Shown: positions 9,171 through 16,939, numbered from the stretch's first letter. The stretch is DNA of 24,000 bases from Haemophilus influenzae (GCF_002985465.2 NZ_CP135913.1); one strand, 5' to 3'. Translations and numbers: made by a program. The notes: generated by a model not told the origin, from the sequence alone.

Positions 9171-9283
9171 AAAAATATAGGAAACAAGTGGACAGATTTT
9201 GCAAAAGTTTGGCGAAACCTAACCACTTGTAAATATTTAGAGTGAAGTATTCTCTAAATTAAATAGACACTTTAGGACTTAAA

Positions 9284-9607
9284 TTACATTGCAAATGCAG
9301 AAGTGCCATGCCGATGTAGAGCGGACTTAACATTCGCAAGGCTTTGTTGAAAACGTTTATTGTGTTCAAGGTTCCATAAATCAATACGTGTTTGCAGATT
9401 AAGCCAAAACTCAGGCGTAGTATCAAATGCTTTAGCAAGTTTAACTGCCATTTCTAGCGTAATTCGTGAACTATTATTAACAATATTGCTTGCCGTATTA
9501 CGATGTACATCTAAAATTTGAGCTAAATCATTAATTTTAAGACTTAAAGGTTCTAAAAACTCTTCTTGTAGAATTTCGCCAACAGAGGTGGGTTTTCTCG
9601 TCATCAT
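9284..9607 (-). CDS. higA: HigA-family antitoxin (XRE helix-turn-helix)
   Basis: A 107-aa product with an HTH segment (INDLAQILDVHRNTASNIVNN), placed directly downstream of a HigB-like toxin gene. This is the toxin-first order typical of higBA. As I recall, the gene is annotated vapA in Rd. Confidence 0.85.
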   Translation of the reverse strand: MMTRKPTSVGEILQEEFLEPLSLKINDLAQILDVHRNTASNIVNNSSRITLEMAVKLAKAFDTTPEFWLNLQTRIDLWNLEHNKRFQQSLANVKSALHRHGTSAFAM

Positions 9608-9617
9608 ATTATCTTCC

Positions 9618-9923
9618 TTATAAATTATAAGAATGTGGATCTAAATATAAATTATTTACTTCGTTATTCTCATATTTAAAAATTAGGCGATATTGTTTAT
9701 TTACTCTAATGGAATAAATTTTATTTTCTTTTGGCTCAAGCAACTCTAAGTGATTAGCTGGAGGAGAACGTAAATCATTGATGTCTTCTGCAGCACTTAT
9801 CATATCCAATTTTCTTGCCAATACTTTAGATAAATTAGAAGGAATCTTACTATGAGCATTACCATATTGATAAAACCTATAAAGATAATCATCTCTAAAA
9901 TGCTCACGCTTTAAATTAAACAT
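9618..9923 (-). CDS. higB: HigB-like (RelE/ParE superfamily) toxin
   Basis: A 101-aa product resembling the plasmid-maintenance killer HigB family (LRSPPANHLELL..., YSIRVNKQYRLIF). Only 10 nt separate it from higA. Confidence 0.8.
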   Translation of the reverse strand: MFNLKREHFRDDYLYRFYQYGNAHSKIPSNLSKVLARKLDMISAAEDINDLRSPPANHLELLEPKENKIYSIRVNKQYRLIFKYENNEVNNLYLDPHSYNL

Positions 9924-9952
9924 CTATTATTCTCTTGGTTATACTCGAGCTG

Positions 9953-9989
9953 ATCATAATAAGAATAAATGCACAATGCAAGAGTGCAT
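9953..9989 (-). promoter_or_regulatory. higBA promoter with overlapping palindromic operator
   Basis: On the minus strand: TTGCAT (9981-9976), 17 nt, TATGAT (9958-9953). The inverted repeat ATGCAC (9969-9974) / GTGCAT (9984-9989) brackets the -35. Confidence 0.5.
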
Positions 9990-10003
9990 CTTTCGACTTA
10001 GAT

Positions 10004-10028
10004 AAAAAAAACCACCCGAAACGGGTGG
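10004..10028 (-). terminator. Orphan intrinsic terminator upstream of higB
   Basis: CCACCCG (10012-10018) pairs with CGGGTGG (10022-10028) across a 3-nt loop. On the minus strand a T8 run follows (10011-10004). No ORF lies upstream of it on that strand. Confidence 0.55.
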
Positions 10029-10247
10029 CAGGAAAGTAGTTTAGCTATATTTATCATTATTTTATTTAGGAACTTTATGAATATCAAGCAATCACTTGAC
10101 GGGAGCTATTTTACTGAATATTGAAAGGCAAGGGAAATGCTATTGAGAGTTTTTTTGATTTACATCAACATTTTTGACAGAAAAATTCGTTTTTGCGTGT
10201 AGAATAAACAACTTCAAATTCTAGTGTTCAAAATAATAGGATTTTTT

Positions 10248-10868
10248 GTGAAAACGTATTCATTATTACTCGGTCTATTCATTAGTTGTGGTGTTTTAGC
10301 TCACCCTCACGCATTTATTGATATGCAAAGCACGCCCATTATAGAAAATAATCAACTTACTGGCTTTTCAATGAAATGGACGTTGGATGAACCAAGTTCG
10401 TCTGCGATTATTTATGATATGAAACAAGCTAGAACTAAAGCAGAGAAACAAAAACTTCTTGATGATGTCATGGGAAATATCGTCAGTGAACATTATTTCA
10501 GCTATTTATATGACAAGCAAAATAATAAAATCAAATATTCCCCTCGCCCAAAAAATTACGGCATTAACGTTCAAAACTTACAACTTCAATATTATTTTGA
10601 TGTGCCACTCTCCCATTCTCAAAAGTTAGAAAAAAACACATTTAGCTTACAAACTTACGATTCCACTTATTATGTGGCGATGACTTACGCCTCAAAAAGT
10701 GCGGTAGATTTTTCCGCACTTCCGAAAAATTGCCAAGGAAAATTAATTGAACCTAATGTGGATGAAAAAATCCAAGCCTACGCATCTTCACTTGATAAAT
10801 CCCAAAAGAACGAAGATGATTCCTTAGGTGTGATGTTCGCACAAAAAATAATAATTCAATGTGAGTAG
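10248..10868 (+). CDS. zevA: DUF1007-type periplasmic metal-binding component (ZevA-like)
   Basis: From GTG 10248 there is a signal peptide, MKTYSLLLGLFISCGVLA, then HPHAF. An AGGA lies 6 nt upstream. The ORF-track GTG at 10224 is the alternative start. The gene ends 2 nt before the NicO-type permease gene. The name zevA is from my memory of HI1249. Confidence 0.75.
   Translation: MKTYSLLLGLFISCGVLAHPHAFIDMQSTPIIENNQLTGFSMKWTLDEPSSSAIIYDMKQARTKAEKQKLLDDVMGNIVSEHYFSYLYDKQNNKIKYSPRPKNYGINVQNLQLQYYFDVPLSHSQKLEKNTFSLQTYDSTYYVAMTYASKSAVDFSALPKNCQGKLIEPNVDEKIQAYASSLDKSQKNEDDSLGVMFAQKIIIQCE
10697..10705 (+). repeat. USS core AAGTGCGGT
   Basis: Exact 9-mer match. An imperfect inverted copy (TCCGCACTT) lies 8 nt downstream. 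Confidence 0.9.
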
Positions 10869-10870
10869 AA

Positions 10871-11845
10871 ATGAAAAAATATAAAACAGGGCTCGTGTTA
10901 TTAGTGATTGCACTTTCCTTACTTGTCTATTTTTCCCCTTGGTTTTTCTTACATATTGCTGCATGGCAAAAAGATTTTAATCAACTTATTTCGGAAAATT
11001 TACATCAAATTCAAAATAATAGCATCAAGGCAGGTATCACGCTTATTTTCGCCAGCTTTGTTTACGGCGTACTCCATGCTCTCGGGCCAGGACACGGCAA
11101 ATTTATTATCGCCAGCTATCTTTCCACTCATGAAAGCCAATTAAAGCAAAGTACTATCTTGAGCCTACTTTCATCTTTAATGCAAGGCATTGTCGCGATT
11201 ACAGCAACCACGTTGCTCGTTGTAGTACTTAATCTATCATCACGTTATTTCAAATTAAGCCAGCTTTGGTTAGAACGAACTGCCTTGCTATTATTGGTAT
11301 TTCTCGGCTGTTATTGGATTTGGCAAGGTTTACGTGCCTATCGTAAAAAAACTACATTATCCATTAAATCCCTAAATCCCCTCCCCCAACACGAAAAAAG
11401 TGCGGTGAAAAATAACTGCACTTTTCAATCAAACACCTGTGGCTGTGGACACCAACATTTGCCAAGCCCCACGCAAACTGCACAAGCAACCAATCTAAAA
11501 TCACAATTTCTAGTCATTTTAACAATTGGTATGCGACCATGTAGTGGTGCAATTTTCGTTTTATTTTTAGCTTATATGCTTGAGCTTTATGGCTGGGGAA
11601 TTTTAGCTGTCTTGGCTATGTCTTTCGGCACAGGACTTATGCTGTCAGCCTTCGCGGGAATTGTACGTTATGCACGAAATACCGCAATTCACTTAGGGCA
11701 TTGGTATAGTTCAAAACATACGAAAGGAAAAAGCGAAAGCATCGTGAAATTAATAGCAGGTGGAATAATGCTATTTTTTGCCTTAAGTTTGTTGTATGGA
11801 ACGCTAAACCCAGTAAATGGAGGCACTATTTTATTTGGAAATTAA
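10871..11845 (+). CDS. zevB: NicO/RcnA-type metal-ion permease (ZevB-like)
   Basis: A multi-pass membrane protein with the HALGPGHGK signature and a Cys/His-rich loop (NTCGCGHQH). It is tightly coupled to the upstream DUF1007 gene. The name zevB is from my memory of HI1248. Confidence 0.8.
   Translation: MKKYKTGLVLLVIALSLLVYFSPWFFLHIAAWQKDFNQLISENLHQIQNNSIKAGITLIFASFVYGVLHALGPGHGKFIIASYLSTHESQLKQSTILSLLSSLMQGIVAITATTLLVVVLNLSSRYFKLSQLWLERTALLLLVFLGCYWIWQGLRAYRKKTTLSIKSLNPLPQHEKSAVKNNCTFQSNTCGCGHQHLPSPTQTAQATNLKSQFLVILTIGMRPCSGAIFVLFLAYMLELYGWGILAVLAMSFGTGLMLSAFAGIVRYARNTAIHLGHWYSSKHTKGKSESIVKLIAGGIMLFFALSLLYGTLNPVNGGTILFGN
11398..11406 (+). repeat. USS core AAGTGCGGT
   Basis: Exact 9-mer match. 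Confidence 0.9.
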
Positions 11846-12023
11846 TAAGCTATTAAAGCTATTTTATTATCAAGAGATAATAAGTTGCATTGATATTTTA
11901 TTAAATTATACACAACGGTCAGATATAAATTTTATTAGAAAATACCTCACAATCCGCACATCAACAGAAAAATGTATGTGTTGAACATATTTGAATTAAT
12001 CTGGCACTTTAAACAATAAAAAA

Positions 12024-12047
12024 ACTCCCTCAAAATATTGAGGGAGT
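12024..12047. terminator. Intrinsic terminator downstream of the adhesin gene
   Basis: ACTCCCTCA (12024-12032) pairs with TGAGGGAGT (12039-12047), flanked by an A-run and a T-run. It lies 17 nt past the adhesin stop codon. Confidence 0.65.
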
Positions 12048-12063
12048 TTTTGCTAATATATTG

Positions 12064-14793
12064 TTACCATTGGTACCCAATACCGCCACCAATAGCATAA
12101 TCGCCTGCACTAGTTGCCGAGCCACTCACTTTGAAATGAATACGGTTATTATCACTTGATTTACTTAAGCCTACCGCCACAGCATTTTGGCCTTTAAAGT
12201 TACCAACACCTACACCAATCATTGTTCTACCTGCTCGGTTTGTTGTTGGAATATTTGCCATAGCAACTACTCCAGCTATCCCACCACGAAGTTTCCTATC
12301 TGTTTGTTTTAGCTCGTTACGAACTGAATTTACAGAATAATCAACATAGCGTTTATTTGCTGCATCAGTTAAGTTTTTAGGATCTTGAACGTTTGTAATT
12401 CGACGTTCATGACCAACATCACCTACTGAAATAGTATTTTCTTCTTTCGCAACAGAGCCTTCACCTAATGCAACAGAACCCACTGCTTTAGCTTCTGCAT
12501 TATGACCTATAGCCGTTGAGCGATCTGCGTGTGCTTTAGCGTTATTACCTAGAGCAGTAGAGTGATCCCCTTTCGCTTCAGAGCCATATCCCATTGCAGT
12601 TGAATCTTTACCTGAGGCCTTAGCACTATTTCTACCACTAGTGTTATCAGCTGCAAATGCAGTTTTACCATCTTTACTTATTAAACCTGAATTTTCTATA
12701 CGGTTCTCGATTATTTTAACGTTATTTTCAGACGCCTTCGCTTTATCTTCAGAGGCTTTAGCCGCATCTTCTGAAGCCTTCGCTTTATCTTCAGAGGCTT
12801 TAGCCGCATCTTCTGAAGCCTTCGCTTTATCTTCAGAGGCTTTAGCCGCATCTTTAGCGTTCTCTGCTTCGGCTTTCGCTGTTTCGGCCTTATCCGCTGC
12901 TGTTTCTGCAAGTGCAACAGATTGATTAATCTCGTTAAGTTTAGTCGTTACAGTTTGTGCCGCATTTTTAGCATCTGTAATTGCTTGCTTAGAATCAGCA
13001 TTTAATTTATAAATTACTGAACCATCACTACCAGCTTCAACAGAAAGCCCATCCTCTGCTTTGAAGTTCAAAGTATTATTTTTGTTATTTTCACTTGACG
13101 CCTCGTTATTGCGCATAGTTTTAACTACTACATCTCCTACAGTAAACTTATATTCCGTTTTAGCAATTTCGTCAGTTGCTTTGATTACAGAATAAAGCTG
13201 TGAACCAGTGATTACATCACTCGATGTAGCAGAGATCTCACCAGCTCCAACATTTTGGATCTGGCGCTTAATATTACTATTACCAAAACTTACTGTGCCA
13301 TTATCGGTTGCGACAACACCTTTAGATAGCGTAATGTCTCCGATTTTCATATCACTTACTGCATGTTTAGTAGATGTACTTGAAGATTTACCAATAGCAA
13401 TATCGCCAGAATTATTAGCAACTGCACTTTGCCCTAAGGCAATACCATTATTTGCACCAGAAGCAACATTAGCACGATCACCAATGCTAATCCCTGTAGC
13501 TGCCTCTGTTTTAGCACTGTTACCTAAAGTAATAGAATAACTTGCAGCAGCTTTCGCTTGTGCACCATTACCAATTACAATAGCTTGATTTGCACCACTT
13601 TCCGATTTTGCTTTATTATTTTTTGTATCGCCCACGCCACCAATTACAATAGATTTTGAGCCATTGGCTGTTGCTTCTGGACCAATTGCTACAGTTCTAT
13701 CGCCTCCTGCTGTTGCATGTGCACCAATAGCGACAACTCTTTCTCGTTCTCCTTTTGCATTTTGACCAATAACAACAGAGTTTTCTCTTTTTGCAGTAAC
13801 ATTTGTACCAATAGCAACGGTATTTTCTCTTTGTGCCTTTACACTACTACCGATTGCAACAGTATCTTCACGTTCAACTGTTGTTTTATTACCAATCGCA
13901 ATACTGTTATCTGAGCCTTTCCAAACTCCACTAACAGCGTGGCTTCCTGTAATACTTGCATTATTACCTAAGGTAATAGCATTGCTTGCCCAGTTTACGG
14001 TGCTATTGTTACCAATAGCAATTGAGTTATCAGGTTTTAGTGAATAAGGAGTACTTGCCAGAAGTTTCGCATTGGTACCAAATGCAATTGAGTTCGTTGC
14101 ACCTTCAACTTGTGCTTGTCTACCAATAGCAATTCCATTTAGTGCTTCACGATATTGATTTCCCCAGTAGTTATTAACATTTGCTCGAGAGCCTATAGCA
14201 ATAGAATCAGCAGCTAAGGCATTAGCATATACGCCAACAGCAACAGATCGAGAACCTTGAGCACCAGATTTTTCTGTAAATTTACCCAAGTTATCACTAA
14301 ATAACCCACCTGAGTTTTTTGTTTCAGCCTGTACTTTTGAGGTCTGAGCTGTAAGCCAATCTTCCCAAATACCGGTCTTATTAGCTTTATTACCTTCTGA
14401 ATTAACATGCACAAAACCTTTATATCTCTCTAACATTCTGTTTAATGAATGTACTGCATCAGTAGCAGATAAAACTCCAAGGTTTTCTGTTCCTTCTAAC
14501 GACATACTTCTTAAAATGCCACTATCTGCATCATAAACAATAGCTACGCCCTGCTTGGGAATATCTTCGTAATTTATTTTTGCTGCATAAGAAAAACTAC
14601 TTGCAAGAATAGAGGTAACTAGTGTAGCCAGAATAGATATAGGGAGTGTTTTGTTATTTTTTTCCGAGCTAGATGTTGAGCTAGATGTTGAGCTAGATGT
14701 TGAGCTAGCTTTAACTGCACCTTTCGCTAATTCTGAAACAACCTCTAGTCTCTGTGTTGTTTTATTCCAAATAATTTTAAATATACGATTCAT
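12064..14793 (-). CDS. Trimeric autotransporter adhesin (YadA/Hia-like)
   Basis: N-terminal extended signal peptide motif MNRIFKIIWNKTTQRLEVVSELAKG. Many YadA-head-type repeats (SIAIGxxA, TVAIGxxA). An Ala/Lys/Glu-rich coiled-coil stalk. A C-terminal 4-strand beta anchor ending GGGIGYQW. An AAGG ribosome-binding site lies 6 nt before the ATG. Confidence 0.9.
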   Translation of the reverse strand: MNRIFKIIWNKTTQRLEVVSELAKGAVKASSTSSSTSSSTSSSEKNNKTLPISILATLVTSILASSFSYAAKINYEDIPKQGVAIVYDADSGILRSMSLEGTENLGVLSATDAVHSLNRMLERYKGFVHVNSEGNKANKTGIWEDWLTAQTSKVQAETKNSGGLFSDNLGKFTEKSGAQGSRSVAVGVYANALAADSIAIGSRANVNNYWGNQYREALNGIAIGRQAQVEGATNSIAFGTNAKLLASTPYSLKPDNSIAIGNNSTVNWASNAITLGNNASITGSHAVSGVWKGSDNSIAIGNKTTVEREDTVAIGSSVKAQRENTVAIGTNVTAKRENSVVIGQNAKGERERVVAIGAHATAGGDRTVAIGPEATANGSKSIVIGGVGDTKNNKAKSESGANQAIVIGNGAQAKAAASYSITLGNSAKTEAATGISIGDRANVASGANNGIALGQSAVANNSGDIAIGKSSSTSTKHAVSDMKIGDITLSKGVVATDNGTVSFGNSNIKRQIQNVGAGEISATSSDVITGSQLYSVIKATDEIAKTEYKFTVGDVVVKTMRNNEASSENNKNNTLNFKAEDGLSVEAGSDGSVIYKLNADSKQAITDAKNAAQTVTTKLNEINQSVALAETAADKAETAKAEAENAKDAAKASEDKAKASEDAAKASEDKAKASEDAAKASEDKAKASENNVKIIENRIENSGLISKDGKTAFAADNTSGRNSAKASGKDSTAMGYGSEAKGDHSTALGNNAKAHADRSTAIGHNAEAKAVGSVALGEGSVAKEENTISVGDVGHERRITNVQDPKNLTDAANKRYVDYSVNSVRNELKQTDRKLRGGIAGVVAMANIPTTNRAGRTMIGVGVGNFKGQNAVAVGLSKSSDNNRIHFKVSGSATSAGDYAIGGGIGYQW
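12734..12854. repeat. 42-bp in-frame tandem repeat, about 2.9 copies, in the adhesin stalk
   Basis: The unit GCCTTCGCTTTATCTTCAGAGGCTTTAGCCGCATCTTCTGAA occurs at 12734, 12776 and 12818. It encodes KASEDKAKASEDAA, which is 14 aa or two heptads. Confidence 0.9.
14666..14709. repeat. 12-bp in-frame tandem repeat, about 3.7 copies, in the adhesin signal-peptide region
   Basis: GAGCTAGATGTT occurs at 14666, 14678 and 14690, with a partial fourth copy. It encodes (S-T-S-S)n between the ESPR motif and the hydrophobic core of the signal peptide. Confidence 0.9.
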
Positions 14794-14894
14794 AAATAAC
14801 CTTCATTTCAGGGATATAGATAACCCACATATTTTTTAACGCATTTTCTAGATAATGACGTTTAAATAAGTGTGAGATTGAGATAAAGGTTGGC

Positions 14895-14960
<66 letters not shown>

Positions 14961-15004
14961 ATATGTTTAATGCTTTTTTTGTAAGAATTTGTAAAGAAAG
15001 AAGA

Positions 15005-15160
15005 GATTCAAATTAACTTCTTGACATCCTCCTCGCCCTAAAGGTCGGGGATTCCTACTCGTTCCCACGCTTTGCGTGGGTTACTCTCGGTGGGTTCTTG
15101 TTGCTGACCTCTATTGAGATTCACTTCACAAGCTCGACGGCTATGTCCCAGCCTGATATT
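15005..15160 (-). ncRNA. Predicted TnpB omega/right-end RNA (scaffold plus flank-derived guide)
   Basis: In known TnpB systems the guide RNA spans the tnpB 3' end and the right end, then reads into the flank. Here that region contains the stem CCCACGC/GCGTGGG (15064-15080) and the right-end hairpin (15031-15050). The predicted guide is the 16 nt GAAGTTAATTTGAATC (15020-15005, minus strand). The extents are inferred. Confidence 0.35.
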
Positions 15161-16296
15161 TTACGCTTGGACGATAGCTCGCCACGCGCTAAAACGTTTG
15201 ACGCCCCGACCACATCCGCATTTTCTGTGTAGCCACATTCTACGCATTCAAAATCAGCCTGCGTTTGGCGGTTTTCCTTTGCGGTATAACCGCAACAAGG
15301 GCAAGTTCGACTGGTGTTCTGAGATGGAACAGCCACTAAAAAACCACCTAGCCATTGCGTTTTATAGTCCAATTGACGGCGGAACTCGAACCAAGATTGG
15401 TCTAATATCGCTCGGTTCAAACCTGATTTCTGTTTCACATTTTTACCATGTTCTTCCGCTGTGCCTTTGGCTGATTTAGACATAGCCAACACCGGTAAAT
15501 CTTCAACGTAGATCATTTCGTGGTTTTTGCTGATTTTACTTGGAGTTTGGTTCAAGAAGTCTTTACGACAGTTGGCGATTTTGTGGTGCAATTTAGCGAT
15601 TTTCGCCTTTAATTTCTGCCAGTTTTGACTAAATTTAATCTTATTTTTAAGTCGGCGTTGTAGTTTTGCTAGTTTGCCTTTGTGGGTTTTAAAGGCATTC
15701 AACGGCTTAAAATATTCACTGTTTGAAAGCGTTACAAACCGTGCAACACCCATATCTATGTCAATTTCTCCACCTTGATGTGTTGGGATTTCATATTCAA
15801 ATTCCGTTTGAATACTGACAAAAAAACGACCGCACTTTTGGCTAACTGTGACGTTTTTAATTTCGCCGACGACATCACGGCTGTTGCGATAACGAACCCA
15901 ACCGATTTTCGGCAGATACAAGCGATTATTTTGTTGTTCCAGTTTGCAACCTTGCGGAAAACGAAAGCGCTCTTTCAAGCCTTTTTTCTTGAATTTCGGG
16001 AAGTCAGCACACTTTTGAAAGAAGTTTTTGAACGCACTTTCAAGGTCTTTTAACGACTGTTGGAGTACTTGGGAATAGCAATCTTTAAGCCAAAGTAGCT
16101 CTTTTTTCCAGTTCGGAAGCAGATTGGCTATTTTCGTATAACTGAACTTGACGCTATTATCTTGCTCATATTGCTCATTCTGCCAAGCCAATGCCCGATT
16201 GAAGACAAAACGAGAGCAACCACAGAACTGCTTAATTCTGCGGATTTGTTCGCCGTTTGGCATTATTTCGAACTTAAAGGCTTTACGTAGTTGCAT
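15121..16296 (-). CDS. tnpB: TnpB (IS605 OrfB) RNA-guided endonuclease, apparently intact
   Basis: A 391-aa product from ATG 16296. RuvC-I IDIDMGV, RuvC-II MIYVEDL, zinc finger CPCCG...CVECG and RuvC-III NADVVGASNV are all present. The N-terminus (QLRKAFKFEIMPNGEQ) is typical of TnpB. Confidence 0.9.
   Translation of the reverse strand: MQLRKAFKFEIMPNGEQIRRIKQFCGCSRFVFNRALAWQNEQYEQDNSVKFSYTKIANLLPNWKKELLWLKDCYSQVLQQSLKDLESAFKNFFQKCADFPKFKKKGLKERFRFPQGCKLEQQNNRLYLPKIGWVRYRNSRDVVGEIKNVTVSQKCGRFFVSIQTEFEYEIPTHQGGEIDIDMGVARFVTLSNSEYFKPLNAFKTHKGKLAKLQRRLKNKIKFSQNWQKLKAKIAKLHHKIANCRKDFLNQTPSKISKNHEMIYVEDLPVLAMSKSAKGTAEEHGKNVKQKSGLNRAILDQSWFEFRRQLDYKTQWLGGFLVAVPSQNTSRTCPCCGYTAKENRQTQADFECVECGYTENADVVGASNVLARGELSSKRKISGWDIAVELVK
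15829..15837 (-). repeat. USS core (ACCGCACTT on + strand) inside tnpB
   Basis: Exact 9-mer match with a T-rich 3' extension on the minus strand (AAAGTGCGGTCGTTTTTT). Confidence 0.9.
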
Positions 16297-16341
16297 TGGC
16301 AAGGTTTAGAATATGATTCTTCTACATTCTACACTTGGTCT

Positions 16342-16759
16342 ATGAAAAAAAGAAACTGAAATCAGACACGGTAGACATTGCATTTTTAATATGCACGTTC
16401 ACTTAGTCTTTGTTACAAAATACCGCCGTGATGTTTTTACGAAAGCGATTTTAGATGATCTCAATTTGGTTTTCTAAAGCGTCTGCAATGATTTTGAAGC
16501 AAAATTAGTCGAGTTTGACGGCGAAGACGATCACGTTCATTTACTCATTGAATATCCGCCGAGAGTGGCAGTTTCTACGCTAGTAAACAGCCTAAAAGGT
16601 GTATCAAGTCGAATGATTAGAAAGAAAAATTACCCAAGTATCCGAAAAAAACTTTGGAGCAATCAGCTTTGGTCACCATCTTATTTTGCCGGTAGTTGCG
16701 GTGGTGCACCTATTTCAATTATTCGCCAATACATCGAGCAACAACAAACACCCGATTAG
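16342..16759 (+). pseudogene. tnpA: IS200-type Y1 (HUH) transposase tnpA carrying two lesions
   Basis: ATG 16342 is followed by an A7 run (16345-16351), and translation stops after 5 codons. Removing one A restores MKKETEIRHGRHCIFNMHVHLVFVTKYRR. The restored frame then meets an in-frame TAA at 16475-16477, before the HUH motif (DDHVHLL) and the C-terminal Tyr region (RQYIEQQ). The track ORF 16565-16759 is the distal fragment. Confidence 0.8.
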
Positions 16760-16873
16760 TTAGCTTTGAAACGGCTACGCCGTTTGTGCCTTATATCTCC
16801 GCCCTGAAGGACGGAGTTTTACTGCACAGGGCTGATAAACATAATGTGACAACTAATTATCAATTCAATAAAT

Positions 16874-16898
16874 AAAATGTAAATTAAATTTACATTTT
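16874..16898. repeat. 25-bp perfect palindrome AAAATGTAAATTAAATTTACATTTT
   Basis: Every position pairs around the centre at 16886. It lies 12 nt upstream of the tRNA-Asn -35 and about 38 nt from the IS left end. Confidence 0.85.
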
Positions 16899-16910
16899 TA
16901 TACATTTTGA

Positions 16911-16939
16911 TTGACAAGGAATAAGCTCCTTATTAAAAT
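16911..16939 (+). promoter_or_regulatory. tRNA-Asn promoter
   Basis: TTGACA (16911-16916), 17 nt, TAAAAT (16934-16939), about 32 nt before the mature tRNA 5' end. Confidence 0.6.

Larger units (their letters stand above)
15021..16835 (-). mobile_element. IS200/IS605-family element, IS605 organisation (divergent tnpA and tnpB)
   Basis: Related subterminal hairpins sit at both ends on the same strand. In - strand sequence they read CCCCGACCTTTAGGGCGAGG (15050-15031) and CTCCGTCCTTCAGGGCGGAG (16816-16797). The right end reads TCAA exactly 10 nt past its hairpin. The left boundary is placed 19 nt before its hairpin, which gives a flanking TTTA (16839-16836). Both boundaries assume the IS608 end geometry as I recall it, so they are approximate. 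Confidence 0.75.

Noticed and set aside
10133..10223. A Zur box upstream of zevA.
   Set aside because: Only separated half-site-like pieces are present (GAAATG at 10133 and AACATTTT near 10166), about 30 bp apart. There is no contiguous palindrome of the GAAATGTTATAWTATAACATTTC type.
12641..14839. Track ORFs inside or antisense to the adhesin gene (12641-12925, 12711-12917, 13208-13540, 13717-13914, 14214-14414, 14651-14839).
   Set aside because: They are created by the tandem repeats and by the codon bias of the Ala/Ser/Gly-rich adhesin. Their products are repeat artefacts such as ALSSEALAASSEAF and KPLKIKRRLQKMRL.
15114..16053. Plus-strand ORFs 15114-15479 and 15775-16053, antisense to tnpB.
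   Set aside because: They are fully contained in the tnpB coding region. They resemble no protein family and have no ribosome-binding site.
16565..16759. The 64-aa ORF as a stand-alone gene.
   Set aside because: It is the in-frame C-terminal fragment of the disrupted IS200-type tnpA. The frame is the same as the MHVHLVFVTKYRR segment upstream of the TAA at 16475.
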